A DNA stretch of 64,000 nucleotides from a candidate division FCPU426 bacterium (GTDB lineage: Bacteria; Oederibacteriota; Muellerivitia; Muellerivitales; Muellerivitaceae): contig CAVYSE010000005.1 of the NCBI GenBank assembly GCA_963771075.1, positions 38,684 to 102,683 of the forward strand. The letters are read 5' to 3'. The translations under genes and the position numbers were made by a program. Each line of letters starts with the position of its first letter. Positions within the stretch are counted from its first letter, which is position 1. The notes below the pieces were generated by a model that ran no database searches, was not told the origin of the DNA, and saw nothing but the letters and a program-made list of their open reading frames with translations. Positions 22,297-32,712 of this stretch are shown piece by piece.

Positions 22297-23529
22297 ATGG
22301 CTCTGATCGTTCAAAAATACGGCGGTTCCTCGGTGGCGGACGCGGGCAAGATGCTTGAAGTGGCGCGCCGCATCGCCAAGAACCGCAAGCAGGGTAACGA
22401 GGTGGTCGTGGTGGTTTCCGCCCCCGGGGACACGACCGATGACCTGATCGCCAAGGCGCAGCAGATCACCGACACTCCGGACGAGCGGGAAATGGACGTG
22501 CTCCTGGCCACGGGCGAGCAGCAGTCCATCGCGCTCCTCTCCATCGCGTTGAAAAGCATGAACTGCGACGCGATTTCCTTCACCGGTCCCCAGGTGGGCA
22601 TCGTCACCGACGACGTGCATACCAAGGCCCGCATCGTGAAGGTGGGGGATTCCAAGATCCGCGCCGCCTTGAACCTGGGCAAGGTGGTCATCGTGGCGGG
22701 CTTCCAGGGCGAGAACAAGGACCATGAGATCACCACCCTGGGCCGGGGGGGGAGCGACCTGACGGCGGTAGCCATCGCGGCGGCCCTGAAGGCCGACGTT
22801 TGCGAGTTTTACAAGGATGTGGACGGCGTCTTCACCGCCAACCCCAGCATCGTCAAGAACGCGCGCAAGCTCGACGCGGTCAGTTACGACGAGATGCTGG
22901 AAATGGCCAGCGCGGGGGCCCAGGTCTTGAACGCCCGCTCGGTGGAGTTCGCGAAAAACTTCGGCATCAAGATCCATGTAAGGCCGACATTCAACGAAAA
23001 GAAAGGGACCTTCGTCATGCGGGAAACCAAAGCGATGGAAAAGGTGGTCATCAGCGGGGTGACCTACAATAAAAACGAGGCCAAGATCACGGTGCGGGGC
23101 GTGCCGGACCGGCCGGGGATCGCCTCCATCCTCTTCTCCAAACTGGGGGCGGCGGGCATCAATGTGGACATGATCATCCAGAACATCGGGGAAAAGGCCC
23201 ACTCCGACCTTTCCTTCACGGTGGACCGTTCGGAGCTGAAAAAAGCCATGAAGGTGGTCAACGACGCGGCCAAGATCCTGAAACCCGCGGGCGTGATCGC
23301 GGACGAGAACATCGCCAAGGTGTCGGTGGTGGGGGTGGGGATGCGTTCCCACTCGGGCGTCGCGGCCAAGATGTTCCAGGCCCTGGCCGAGTGCGAGGTG
23401 AACATCCTCATGATCTCCACCTCGGAGATCAAGATTTCCGTGGTCATCGACCAAAAGGACGTGGCCAAGGCGGTCGCGGCCATTCATGAGAAATTCAAGC
23501 TTGGGAAAAAACCAGCCAGCGAAGGCTGA
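22297..23529 (+). CDS. lysC: Aspartokinase
   Basis: MALIVQKYGGSSV, TTLGRGGSD, two ACT domains, ISTSEIKIS. Confidence 0.96.
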   Translation: MALIVQKYGGSSVADAGKMLEVARRIAKNRKQGNEVVVVVSAPGDTTDDLIAKAQQITDTPDEREMDVLLATGEQQSIALLSIALKSMNCDAISFTGPQVGIVTDDVHTKARIVKVGDSKIRAALNLGKVVIVAGFQGENKDHEITTLGRGGSDLTAVAIAAALKADVCEFYKDVDGVFTANPSIVKNARKLDAVSYDEMLEMASAGAQVLNARSVEFAKNFGIKIHVRPTFNEKKGTFVMRETKAMEKVVISGVTYNKNEAKITVRGVPDRPGIASILFSKLGAAGINVDMIIQNIGEKAHSDLSFTVDRSELKKAMKVVNDAAKILKPAGVIADENIAKVSVVGVGMRSHSGVAAKMFQALAECEVNILMISTSEIKISVVIDQKDVAKAVAAIHEKFKLGKKPASEG

Positions 23530-23625
23530 AAATTCGGGAACCCCGCGATTCCCGCGGGATCTTCGGGGCGGCAGGTTGATTTATCGCGTCGATACAAGCG
23601 ATGGCAACCCACGAAAGGTGGAGCG

Positions 23626-25218
23626 GTGAGCGAGAAAATTGTCCTTTACGACGCCCTCTTGCGGGAGGGCCCCCAGACCCAGGGCATCAACATGTCCGTG
23701 GAGGATAAGCTGTTGCTCGCCCAATCCCTGGATGAGCTCGGCTTGCATTACCTGGAGGGGGGGTGGCCCGGGGCCAACCCCAAGGACACCCTCTTTTTTC
23801 AAAAGGCCAAGAAATTAAGGCTTCGGGCGCGCCTTTCAGCCTTTGGCATGACCCGAAGGGCCAAGCACAAGGCCCACCAGGACCCGAACCTGATCAACCT
23901 GGTTTCGGCAGGCGTTCCCACCATCACGGTGGTCGGAAAGACCTGGGATTTTCATGTGACCCGGGCCCTCAATATTTCCCTCGAGCAAAACCTGGATATC
24001 ATTTTCGATTCGGTCAAATTCCTGAAATCAAGGACGGATGAGGTTTTCCTGGACGCGGAACATTTTTTTGACGGCTATAAACATAATCCCGAGTTCTCCC
24101 TGAAGTGCCTGGAGTCGGCGCTCCAAGCCAAGGCCGACTGCCTGGTGCTTTGCGACACCAACGGCGGGTCCCTGCCCGAGGAGATCGAGGCGGTGGTCAC
24201 GCGGGTCCACCAGCGTTTTCCCGGTGTTTCCCTCGGCATCCATTGCCACAACGATTCGGACCTGGCGGTGGCCAACACCCTGGCGGCCCTGTCGGCGGGC
24301 GCGACCCAGGTTCAAGGCTGCGTGAACGGCTACGGGGAAAGGGTGGGCAATACCAACCTGACTTCCCTGATCCCGACCCTGGCCCTGAAAAAGGGCGTTT
24401 CCTTCCTGCGGCCCGTGCGCTTGGAAAAATTAACCGAGGTTTCCCACCGGGTGGACGAGATCATGAACCAGAATCCGCGTCCCAGCGCCCCCTATGTGGG
24501 CAAGAATGCCTTCACCCACAAGGGCGGCATGCATATCGACGCCATGCGGAAATCCAACAAGGCCTATGAGCATATCAACCCGGAACAGGTGGGGAACCAA
24601 CGCAAACTTGTTTTGTCGGACCAATCGGGGCTCTCTGCCGTCCTACATCAGGCGGGCAAGGGCCAAATTAAGATCCATAAGAACACCCCTGAGGCCAAAG
24701 CCATCATCGAAGAAGTCAAGAAGATGGAAAATGAGGGCTACCAGTTCGAGGGCGCCGAGGCTTCCTTTGAATTACTGCTGAAAAAGGCCATGGGCAAGCA
24801 CCATAACTTTTTCGATCTCGTGGGGTTTCGCGTGATCGATGAGAACCGGGGGGACGGCCTGCTCGTTTCCGAGGCCACCATCAAGGTCAAGGTCAAGGGA
24901 GTCATGGAAAACACCGTGGGCGAGGGGGACGGCCCGGTAAACGCGTTGGATCAGGCCCTTCGGAAGGCCCTGACCAAGTTTTATCCCTCCCTGAAGGACG
25001 TGCGTTTGACCGATTTCAAGGTGCGCGTTCTGGACGCCAAGGAGGGAACCGCCGCCAAGGTCCGCGTCCTTATCGAGAGCCGGGACGACAAGGCCACCTG
25101 GGGCACGGTCGGGGTGTCGGAGAACATTCTGGAAGCCTCCTGGGAGGCCCTGGTCGATTCCATCGACTATAAACTGCTCAAGGACGAGGACCAAAAACGC
25201 AAACGGCGGGCTCGTTGA
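23626..25218 (+). CDS. cimA: Citramalate synthase (LeuA family)
   Basis: LREG, EGGWPGANPKD, DAEHFFDGY, HCHND, HKGGMH, GDGPVNALD. Confidence 0.9.
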   Translation: MSEKIVLYDALLREGPQTQGINMSVEDKLLLAQSLDELGLHYLEGGWPGANPKDTLFFQKAKKLRLRARLSAFGMTRRAKHKAHQDPNLINLVSAGVPTITVVGKTWDFHVTRALNISLEQNLDIIFDSVKFLKSRTDEVFLDAEHFFDGYKHNPEFSLKCLESALQAKADCLVLCDTNGGSLPEEIEAVVTRVHQRFPGVSLGIHCHNDSDLAVANTLAALSAGATQVQGCVNGYGERVGNTNLTSLIPTLALKKGVSFLRPVRLEKLTEVSHRVDEIMNQNPRPSAPYVGKNAFTHKGGMHIDAMRKSNKAYEHINPEQVGNQRKLVLSDQSGLSAVLHQAGKGQIKIHKNTPEAKAIIEEVKKMENEGYQFEGAEASFELLLKKAMGKHHNFFDLVGFRVIDENRGDGLLVSEATIKVKVKGVMENTVGEGDGPVNALDQALRKALTKFYPSLKDVRLTDFKVRVLDAKEGTAAKVRVLIESRDDKATWGTVGVSENILEASWEALVDSIDYKLLKDEDQKRKRRAR

Positions 25219-26060
25219 GCCTGTCACGGAAAGGCACGCGAACCCGTTCGACGGGGGCTTCCCACCGGCCGGTAGGCATCTTCGACTCGGGGCTGGGGGG
25301 GCTGACGGTCGTCAAGGCCATCCGCAAACAGGTGCCCGGCGAAGACCTGGTTTATTTCGGCGATACCGCCCGCATCCCCTACGGCAGCAAGAGCAAAGAC
25401 ACCATCATCCATTACACCCGCCAGATCATCCGATTTCTCATCCAAAAAGAGAAGGTCAAGGTCCTGGTCGTGGCCTGCAACACCTCCTCGGCTTGGGCCT
25501 TGCGGGAAATCCGTAGGGAATTCGATATCCCCATTCTCGGAGTCATCAATCCGGGAGCCCAGGCGGCGGTGGAAGTAACCCGAAACGGCCGCATCGGCGT
25601 GATCGGCACCGAGGGAACCATTTATTCCGGCGCCTATCCGGATGCCATCCATTCCTTGGATCCGCGCCTGAAGGTTTACACCCAGGCTTGCCCCCTTTTA
25701 GTCCCCCTGGTGGAGGAGGGGAAGCTATCCGGACTCGTGACCGAGACGGTCGCGAAAGAATATCTTCGTCCCCTTTTGCGATCTCGGGTGGATACCCTCT
25801 TGCTGGGATGCACCCACTATCCGCTCCTTAAACAAACGCTAAAAAAGATCGCAGGATCGAAGGTTCGCATCGTGGATTCGGCCGAGGAAACGGCCAAGAG
25901 CCTCAAGTTGAACCTGGAGGCCTATGGGGCCGGATCTTCCGGACGGGGAAGCGCCAAGTTTTACGTCAGCGACCTTTCCCGGAAATTCAAGGAACATGCC
26001 CAGCGCTTCCTGGGCCGCCATATCGCCAAGGTGGAAAAAATCTTCATCGAGAAGTATTAG
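25215..26060 (+). CDS. murI: Glutamate racemase
   Basis: FDSGLGGLTV, ACNTSS, LGCTHYP. Confidence 0.96.
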   Translation: MSLSRKGTRTRSTGASHRPVGIFDSGLGGLTVVKAIRKQVPGEDLVYFGDTARIPYGSKSKDTIIHYTRQIIRFLIQKEKVKVLVVACNTSSAWALREIRREFDIPILGVINPGAQAAVEVTRNGRIGVIGTEGTIYSGAYPDAIHSLDPRLKVYTQACPLLVPLVEEGKLSGLVTETVAKEYLRPLLRSRVDTLLLGCTHYPLLKQTLKKIAGSKVRIVDSAEETAKSLKLNLEAYGAGSSGRGSAKFYVSDLSRKFKEHAQRFLGRHIAKVEKIFIEKY

Positions 26061-26316
26061 ATTTGTCCGAAAAAGGGGTACCCCGAAGACGGGAAGAAAA
26101 GAATTTTTTAAAGATCCGTCTTTTCACCCTCTCCCACCCTCACCTGGATATCCGATTCTTCGTGCCGATCCTCAAACGGTTGGTTTAAACACAAATGAGG
26201 CGTTTCTTCGCGGTAAGGGTTTATTGGGCTTGAGCCTTGATTGACATTGCCTTCTTTCAATTTACAATGAGAAACAAAATCGGAGGTTTCCCATCCACAA
26301 ACGAATCCCCCTGCTC

Positions 26317-27021
26317 ATGGTTCTGTCCCTCATCGGTGGGTTTTTCCCGCTCTGGGCGGAAAAGGGCGAATTGGCCTCTTCCCCTACCAATTATGAGATG
26401 GTGGAGGCGCCGACCGCCTACGTGCTCATGCACGGCGGTTACGACATCGTCACCCGCGTCTACGACAATGGCGGGGTCTACGTGCGCGGCAACCTGGGTT
26501 TCAAGGATGTCTTCATGGTGGGATTTTCCTTGAACGGGGCCAATGTCATCGGCAACGGGGAAATCCAGGTGCAAATGCCTGAACTGGCCCTGAAGTTCAA
26601 GGCCCTCGACGAGAAATCCGCCCCCTTTTCCCTCGCGGTGGCATGGGATAACCGGGGCTACGGGACGGAGAATAACGGGATCTTTTCCCCGGGCACCCAA
26701 AAGGGTTTTTATCTCGCTTGCAGCCGGGAATTCCCCGAGGCGGGTTATCTCCAGGCCCATTGGGGCCTGAATGTGGTCACCTTCAACCAGTTCGACTCCA
26801 GCCGGGATTTGGGGGCTTTTTTCGGAACCTCCTTCGCCGTTTGCCCCACCCTCATGTTCAACCTGGAGATGGATAAAATCTTGAACGATGACTGGCAATT
26901 CAACGGAAATTTCCTATTTAATGTGGATAAGCCCTTGCGCGTGGGAATCGATTTCCGGGATATCAACCGGGGGGATCTCTTTTCCCGCATCATCCGAATT
27001 CAATACACCGGGTTTTTCTGA
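26317..27021 (+). CDS. Putative outer-membrane beta-barrel protein (YjbH-like)
   Basis: APTAYVL motif, beta-rich sequence, C-terminal Phe. Start uncertain. Confidence 0.6.
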   Translation: MVLSLIGGFFPLWAEKGELASSPTNYEMVEAPTAYVLMHGGYDIVTRVYDNGGVYVRGNLGFKDVFMVGFSLNGANVIGNGEIQVQMPELALKFKALDEKSAPFSLAVAWDNRGYGTENNGIFSPGTQKGFYLACSREFPEAGYLQAHWGLNVVTFNQFDSSRDLGAFFGTSFAVCPTLMFNLEMDKILNDDWQFNGNFLFNVDKPLRVGIDFRDINRGDLFSRIIRIQYTGFF

Positions 27022-27047
27022 TCCTTCCCCGCGGCCAAAGGCGCTCC

Positions 27048-27585
27048 ATGAAAAAAATGATCCTGTTGTCCCTTTTGACGGTGTTCTTTGCCCTCGCGGG
27101 TTGCGGTTTCTCCCCCTCGATTGAGGTGATCCCGCCGGGAAGCCGGGAGAGGGCGCGGGAGTTCAAGGTGCAGGCGCTTCATAACTGGCACCCCGGTCTC
27201 CAGCTGGCGGAGTCTGAAAGGAAAGGTGGTCCTCCTGGTTTTCTGGGCCACCTGGTGCGGGCCCTGCCGTATGGAGATGCCGGAACTCATCCAGCTTTAT
27301 GACAAGTACCACGCCCAAGGACTGGAGGTCCTCGGCCTTTCCACCGAGGTGCAGGACATGCGGCCCCAGGGTTATTTCAACGATTTCATCTCCAAAATGG
27401 GCGTCGATTATCCCATGGCGCTAGCCGGTACGGAAACGATCGCGGATTACGGAATCCAGGGGATTCCCGCGGTCTTCTTCATCGACAAAAAGGGAAAGGT
27501 CGCCCTCTCCTTCGTAGGGGTCCATCCGAAAGAGGATTTCATCTCGGTCATCGATCAGCTTTTGAAAGAGACGCCGGACCGCTGA
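27048..27585 (+). CDS. TlpA-like thiol-disulfide oxidoreductase lipoprotein (frameshift near 27215)
   Basis: Lipobox LAGC in the 27048 frame and FWATWCGPCRMEMP in the 27226 frame. Confidence 0.85.
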
Positions 27586-27637
27586 ACACCCCGCCCTTTT
27601 GGGGTATAATTCAATAACAGAAGGTTTGGAGGGCCCC

Positions 27638-28072
27638 ATGCCCGAAACCCAGGATAACGAGATTCGCGAGGGTTTTTTGAACCTGTACCGCGATCTTTTC
27701 AACCACGTGCCCTATTTGGAAACGGTCATCGAGCGTCTCCTGCACGACCAGCCCGTGGACCGGGCGATGTTGGAAAATCATTTGGCCCAAATGATCGCCT
27801 CGCTGGCGATGGCCCAAAAAAAGCTCACCCTCCCGCGTGGAACCCGGGCCGCGAAAAAAGGGAAGCCGGATTATTTCCGCAAGGAAATGCAGAAAGTTTC
27901 CAAGATTATCAAGGGCCAATTGGCCGTGCTTTTGAAAACCTCCTTCCTGGTGGATACCCGGGAAGCGGAGGAGGATTACCTGCAAACGCTCAGCGATGTC
28001 ACGGACAATATCGCGGGCGCCTTTCAGCATGTGGTCCGTTCCAACGTGCTCATGCCGGTGATGCTTAATTAA
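27638..28072 (+). CDS. Hypothetical helical protein
   Basis: GGAGG RBS before MPETQD. No family recognised. Confidence 0.6.
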   Translation: MPETQDNEIREGFLNLYRDLFNHVPYLETVIERLLHDQPVDRAMLENHLAQMIASLAMAQKKLTLPRGTRAAKKGKPDYFRKEMQKVSKIIKGQLAVLLKTSFLVDTREAEEDYLQTLSDVTDNIAGAFQHVVRSNVLMPVMLN

Positions 28073-28088
28073 ACAGGCTTTTCCAACC

Positions 28089-28577
28089 ATGAAACGAACG
28101 ACAAAAAGGGGAACGATCGCGATGGATTCGGTCAAGGAACGCCGCGCCGAGATGGACGCCTTCAGCCATTATCTCCGGGAAAAGGCGTTGAAACTGACGC
28201 CCCAGAGGTCGATGATCCTGACCACCCTGCTGGACCATCCGGGCCACATTTCGGCCGAGGAGTTGTTCCAAAGGGCCCGCGAGAAACAGCCGAACGTGGG
28301 GTTCGCCACCGTCTACCGCACGCTCAAGCACCTGACCCTTTGCGGCCTGGCCCGGGAGCTGGATTTCGGGGAGGGCCGGGTCAAATATGAGACCGAATTC
28401 AACCGCCAGCACCACGACCACATGATTTGCACCTCCTGCGGGGTTTATATCGAGTTTTTGAATCCCCAGATCGAGGAACTGCAGGAGCAGGTGAGCCGCA
28501 AGCACGGGTTTAAGATTACCTCCCACCGCATGCAGCTTTATGGGCTTTGCCAGAAGTGCCAGAAAACGAATAAATAA
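28089..28577 (+). CDS. fur: Fur-family transcriptional regulator
   Basis: LTPQR, ATVYRTL, HHDHMICTSCG, GLCQKC. Confidence 0.93.
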   Translation: MKRTTKRGTIAMDSVKERRAEMDAFSHYLREKALKLTPQRSMILTTLLDHPGHISAEELFQRAREKQPNVGFATVYRTLKHLTLCGLARELDFGEGRVKYETEFNRQHHDHMICTSCGVYIEFLNPQIEELQEQVSRKHGFKITSHRMQLYGLCQKCQKTNK

Positions 28578-28609
28578 AACTCATTTCATTCCAAGTTGAG
28601 GAGACAACC

Positions 28610-29089
28610 ATGGTGGATTTCCTTGTATCCCGCGCCACGCGCGACCGGCTTCAGGAGGAATTCAAGGGCCTTAAAACCGTGCGGCGGCCCCAGGTGGCCA
28701 GGGCGCTCGAGGAGGCCCGGGCCCATGGCGACCTGAAGGAAAACGCCGAGTATGACGCGGCCAAGCAGGAACAAAGCCTCCTGGAGGCCCGGATCCGGGA
28801 ACTGGAGGACAAGCTTTCCCGCACCCGACTGCTGGAGGATGAGAACATCACCGGCGAGCATGTTTCCATCGGAACCTCGGTCACGGTGAAAGACCTCAAG
28901 AGCGGGTCCCAGGAGATCTACCGCCTGGTGGGCGAGGAAGAGGCGGACATTCCCAACAACAAGATCTCCATCCGCACCCCCATCGCCCGGGGCATGATCG
29001 GCAAGAAGGTCGGGGAGAAGGTGGATATCCAGGTCCCGGCCGGTCTACTGAAATACGAGATCCTCAAGATAGACATTTCCTTCGATTAA
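28610..29089 (+). CDS. greA: Transcription elongation factor GreA
   Basis: ARAHGDLKENAEYDAAK, TPIARGMIGK. Confidence 0.96.
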   Translation: MVDFLVSRATRDRLQEEFKGLKTVRRPQVARALEEARAHGDLKENAEYDAAKQEQSLLEARIRELEDKLSRTRLLEDENITGEHVSIGTSVTVKDLKSGSQEIYRLVGEEEADIPNNKISIRTPIARGMIGKKVGEKVDIQVPAGLLKYEILKIDISFD

Positions 29090-29135
29090 TTGGCAGGCTC
29101 TCCTAATTAAAAGAAGGGGGCGGGTTTACCCCGTC

Positions 29136-29165
29136 TTGACTTTAAAAAGGGGAGGCCGTTAAACT
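29136..29165 (+). promoter_or_regulatory. Putative sigma70 promoter of the SAM riboswitch leader
   Basis: TTGACT followed by TAAACT at 18-nt spacing, just upstream of the aptamer. Confidence 0.5.
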
Positions 29166-29182
29166 TCACGCACAATTGAATA

Positions 29183-29314
29183 CTCTTATCAAGAGTGGCG
29201 GAGGGACAGGCCCTGCGATGCCACGGCAACCGATGCCCGGGTGAAAACCCGGGGATGCCAGGTGCCAATTCCTGCTTCGGTGCGATTTCCTATGAAACCG
29301 GGCGAAGATGAGAG
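29183..29314 (+). ncRNA. SAM-I (S-box) riboswitch
   Basis: CTCTTATCAAGAG-TGGCGGAGGGACAGGCCC-GCGATGCCACGGCAACC...GGTGCCAATTCC...GATGAGAG matches the SAM-I consensus, including P1. Confidence 0.95.
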
Positions 29315-29330
29315 ATGGAAAACCAGACGC

Positions 29331-29366
29331 AAAAAGGCTTCCATCTCACGGATGGAGGCCTTTTTT
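29331..29366 (+). terminator. Riboswitch expression-platform terminator
   Basis: AAAAAGGCTTCCATC-loop-GATGGAGGCCTTTTTT. The left arm can pair alternatively with GAGATGGAA overlapping the P1 3' strand. Confidence 0.85.
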
Positions 29367-29607
29367 ATTTTTTCACGAATGATTCGCAACCCCGAGTCCA
29401 AACCGGGGACGGGGAGTCCAAGAGTCCCTGCCCTTCATGGACACATTTAGAACTTTTTTGAGGAGAGATGGGCAAGCCAATTTCTCGTTTAAAGATTAAT
29501 AACGAAAAATGGCTGCCCTGCATGGATGCATTTAGAACTAATGATGGAAATGGCCGGGGTGAAAGGTTCGAGTTTTTTAGCTGTTGAAGATAAATGGGGG
29601 AGAAACC

Positions 29608-30844
29608 ATGACCTACGTGAAGTCCTTAAAATGCCGTGAATGCGGGCAGGAATACGAAAAGACCGCGAAGTATGTCTGCGAGTTTTGCTTCGGCCCCCTG
29701 GAAGCGGCCTACGATTACGACGGGATCAAGAAGGACTATTTCTCGCGAGAAGATCATCTCCCGCCCCACGAACATCTGGCGTTACCGTGAGTTCTTGCCC
29801 GTCGAGGGCGAGGTCTTCAACACCCTGGGCGAGGGCTATACGCCCCTCCTGAAGGCCGAAAGGCTGGGCCGGGAACTGGGCCTCTCCAACCTCTATCTCA
29901 AAAATGATTGCGCCAATCCCACCCATTCGTTCAAGGATCGGGTGGTCGCGGTGGCATCCACCCGGGCCCTGGAATTGGGTTTTGACACCCTGGCCTGCGC
30001 CTCCACCGGCAACCTGGCCAACGCCGTGGCCGCCTACGGCGCCCGGGGCGGCATGAAGCGATTCGTGTTCATCCCCTCGAACCTGGAAAAAGGCAAGGTC
30101 ATCGGGGCCCTGGTCTATGACCCCAACCTGATCGGTGTGAACGGCAATTACGATGACGTCAACCGGCTATGTAGCGAGATCGCGGGAAAGTACAAATGGG
30201 CCTTCGTGAACATCAACATGAGGCCCTATTACGCGGAAGGTTCCAAGACGCTGGGCTATGAGACCTGCGAGCAGTTGGGATGGAAGGCGCCGGACCAGGT
30301 GGTGGTGCCGGTCGCGTCGGGGTCGCTCTTGACCAAGATCTGGAAGGGAACCCAGGAATTCGTCAAGACCGGTTTGATTTCTTCGGCCAGGATGAGGGTC
30401 TTCGGCGCGCAGGCGGAAGGTTGCTCGCCCGTGGCCACGGCCTTCAAGAACAAGACGGACACCTTCAAGCCCGTTAAACCCAACACCATCGCCAAATCGC
30501 TCGCCATCGGCAACCCCGCCGACGGTTATTACGCCTTGAAAACCATCGCCGAATCCAACGGGGCGGCCGAAATGGCTTCCGACCCGGAGATCATCGAGGG
30601 CATCAAGCTTTTGGCGCGTACCGAAGGCATCTTCGCCGAGACGGCGGGGGGAGTCACCATCGCCTGCCTGAAAAAACTGGCCGCCTCCGGCCAGTTGGAC
30701 CCGGACGCCTTGACCGTGGCCTATATTACGGGAACGGGGCTCAAGACCCAGGAAGCGGTGGCGGAACATTTGGGCGAAGTGAAGGTGATCCAGCCCAACC
30801 TGGAAGCTTTCGAGGCCACCCTGCGGGTTCCCGCCGGCGTTTAA
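29608..30844 (+). CDS. thrC: Second threonine synthase-like enzyme with N-terminal Zn ribbon (frameshift near 29735)
   Basis: CRECG...CEFCFGPL in one frame, then NPTHSFKDR, CASTGN and TGTGLKT in the next. Confidence 0.85.
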
Positions 30845-30869
30845 AGCCACCGGTTTGAAATACCCGGTC

Positions 30870-31733
30870 CTAAAAAGCCGCCAGTTCCAATCCGCAATCG
30901 TTGCATTTGCCCTTTTCCAGGCTGTACTCCACCTCGCACCTCGGGCAATAGCTTTTCTGGGTAGGTTGGGAGGGTCGGGGGGTGGGTAGGCTCGCCTGGT
31001 AGTTCAAACCCTCCTGAACCAGCCAAAATCGCAATAGCCTCAATTCTGCCCGAGGGTCCTTGGCCAATAAAACCGGGCTGTCCTTGGGCGCCTGCGGGTG
31101 GATGGCGGGGTATTTCAACTCCAGCATCCAACGGCGGTAAAAACGGTTGCGTTCCTCCTCCCCCAATAAAACCATGGCCACCGCGAAGGGGTGATAGGGC
31201 GAAAAAAGCTTTTCCCCCAGCAGGTCCATGGCACGGGAGGACTGCCAGGGCGAAAAGAGGCAAAGAAGCAGGTTTTTCCAACGACTGCCCGGGTCGTCCG
31301 GGAAAAGTTCCCGATGGGCCTGGTCGAAAAAAAAGATCAAGGAAAAATGCAGGCCCAAGAAAAGGGCCATCAGAAAAAGCCATATCAGCCAGGTCCCCCA
31401 CCCGAGCTCATAAAACAGGATGGCCGTCACAACGATTGTCAGCATGGCTTGGGAAAGCGTTCGAAGCCTTTTCGCTTTTTGGCCATAGGTATTCCACAGG
31501 TCTCGGGCTTCCTCCCAATGAAGGCTGGTGGGAGGGAGTGGGCTCCCGGGGGTTGGAAAACGGTAGGCGTAACCCAGGGAAATAGGATTTCGGAAACCCA
31601 GCAGAGGACCCCGGCTCAATGAAAACCGGTTCCACCAGGAAAGCATCAGCCATCCTCCGGGGGGAACCAGGATCAGGCATTCAATCAGGTAAAGGGCAAC
31701 GATGAAAAAAAGGTATAGGTTGAAGTGGATCAA
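30870..31733 (-). CDS. Hypothetical membrane protein with C-terminal Zn ribbon
   Basis: Several TM segments and YCPRC...CNDCG. Confidence 0.65.
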   Translation of the reverse strand: MIHFNLYLFFIVALYLIECLILVPPGGWLMLSWWNRFSLSRGPLLGFRNPISLGYAYRFPTPGSPLPPTSLHWEEARDLWNTYGQKAKRLRTLSQAMLTIVVTAILFYELGWGTWLIWLFLMALFLGLHFSLIFFFDQAHRELFPDDPGSRWKNLLLCLFSPWQSSRAMDLLGEKLFSPYHPFAVAMVLLGEEERNRFYRRWMLELKYPAIHPQAPKDSPVLLAKDPRAELRLLRFWLVQEGLNYQASLPTPRPSQPTQKSYCPRCEVEYSLEKGKCNDCGLELAAF

Positions 31734-31818
31734 GGAAAGCCTTTAAAACGCATCATGACCGCGGAGGCGCGGAAACACGGATGAAAGAATCTGGGATTTA
31801 AGACTTTCAAGGCTTTTT

Positions 31819-32712
31819 TTATTTGATCACCGTCGGGGGTTGGTCGGAGTCGTCCTTTTCCCCGGAGATGGGACCTTTTTTTTGGCCCCCGCCAAAGAGT
31901 TTCTTGAAGAAGGCGCCGATGCCCGCCACGAGGGCCACGATCAAGGCCTTGGCCTTGGCCAGGAGCACCAGGATCATCCCCCCCAGTTTTCCCAAAAGGC
32001 CCGTCTTGGCCGCGAGGGCGCCGCCCCCGCCCAATACCAGGGCCGCCAGGCCGATCTCAGCCACCTTGTCGCCGGTCGTCCATTCGGCGTATTTGTTGCC
32101 GGCCGTGAAATCGAAGCTTTTCACGTCCTCGTTGAACCGGGCCATCACCGCGTCCATGTTGGCGTTGGGCACCAGGGTCACCACCATCACGCCCTTGCGG
32201 CCCAGAAACTTAGTGTGGTAATTGATGAATTGGCCGGATTTATCCTTCAAAATTTCGCCCCACTCCAAGCGGTGGGTTTCGGGGTTGTATTGGGGTTTTA
32301 ACTGCCAGTCCACGAGTTCCATGGTGTCCCAGCCCTTGTCCGTCCTTTCCTTGTTCGCGTCCTCGTTGTTTTTCACCATGGCGGCCCACATCTTGTCCGC
32401 GTCCAGCTTTTCCTTGTCGGCGTCCTTGACGTAGCCTACGTCATCGAAGCTGAAGAGGGCCATGTATCCGTCGCCCTTGTCCTTCCGGATCAACACGCCC
32501 AGGTCCCTGTCTGAATAGAAATTATGGGTCTTGTCCATGAATTCCTTCAGGTCCTTTTGCTGGATGAAGTAATAGCCCTCGGGCACCTGGACTTGGCCAA
32601 TCTCGCCCAATTTACCCATGGCGGGGCCCTTGACGGGCTGGATCTCGGCCAGCAGGGGGGCGGACCAAAGGAATATCAGGCTGAGGACGACGAAATTTGT
32701 TTTGGAGATCAT
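31819..32712 (-). CDS. DUF2167 family membrane-anchored protein
   Basis: GYVKDAD, LGRKGV, GDKVAEIGLAALVLGG, AKTGLL. Confidence 0.85.
   Translation of the reverse strand: MISKTNFVVLSLIFLWSAPLLAEIQPVKGPAMGKLGEIGQVQVPEGYYFIQQKDLKEFMDKTHNFYSDRDLGVLIRKDKGDGYMALFSFDDVGYVKDADKEKLDADKMWAAMVKNNEDANKERTDKGWDTMELVDWQLKPQYNPETHRLEWGEILKDKSGQFINYHTKFLGRKGVMVVTLVPNANMDAVMARFNEDVKSFDFTAGNKYAEWTTGDKVAEIGLAALVLGGGGALAAKTGLLGKLGGMILVLLAKAKALIVALVAGIGAFFKKLFGGGQKKGPISGEKDDSDQPPTVIK

Noticed and set aside
2027-23487. Long antisense ORFs (for example 2027-3985, 19811-20776, 22177-23487)
   Set aside because: Shadow ORFs of GC-rich genes that are well supported on the + strand.
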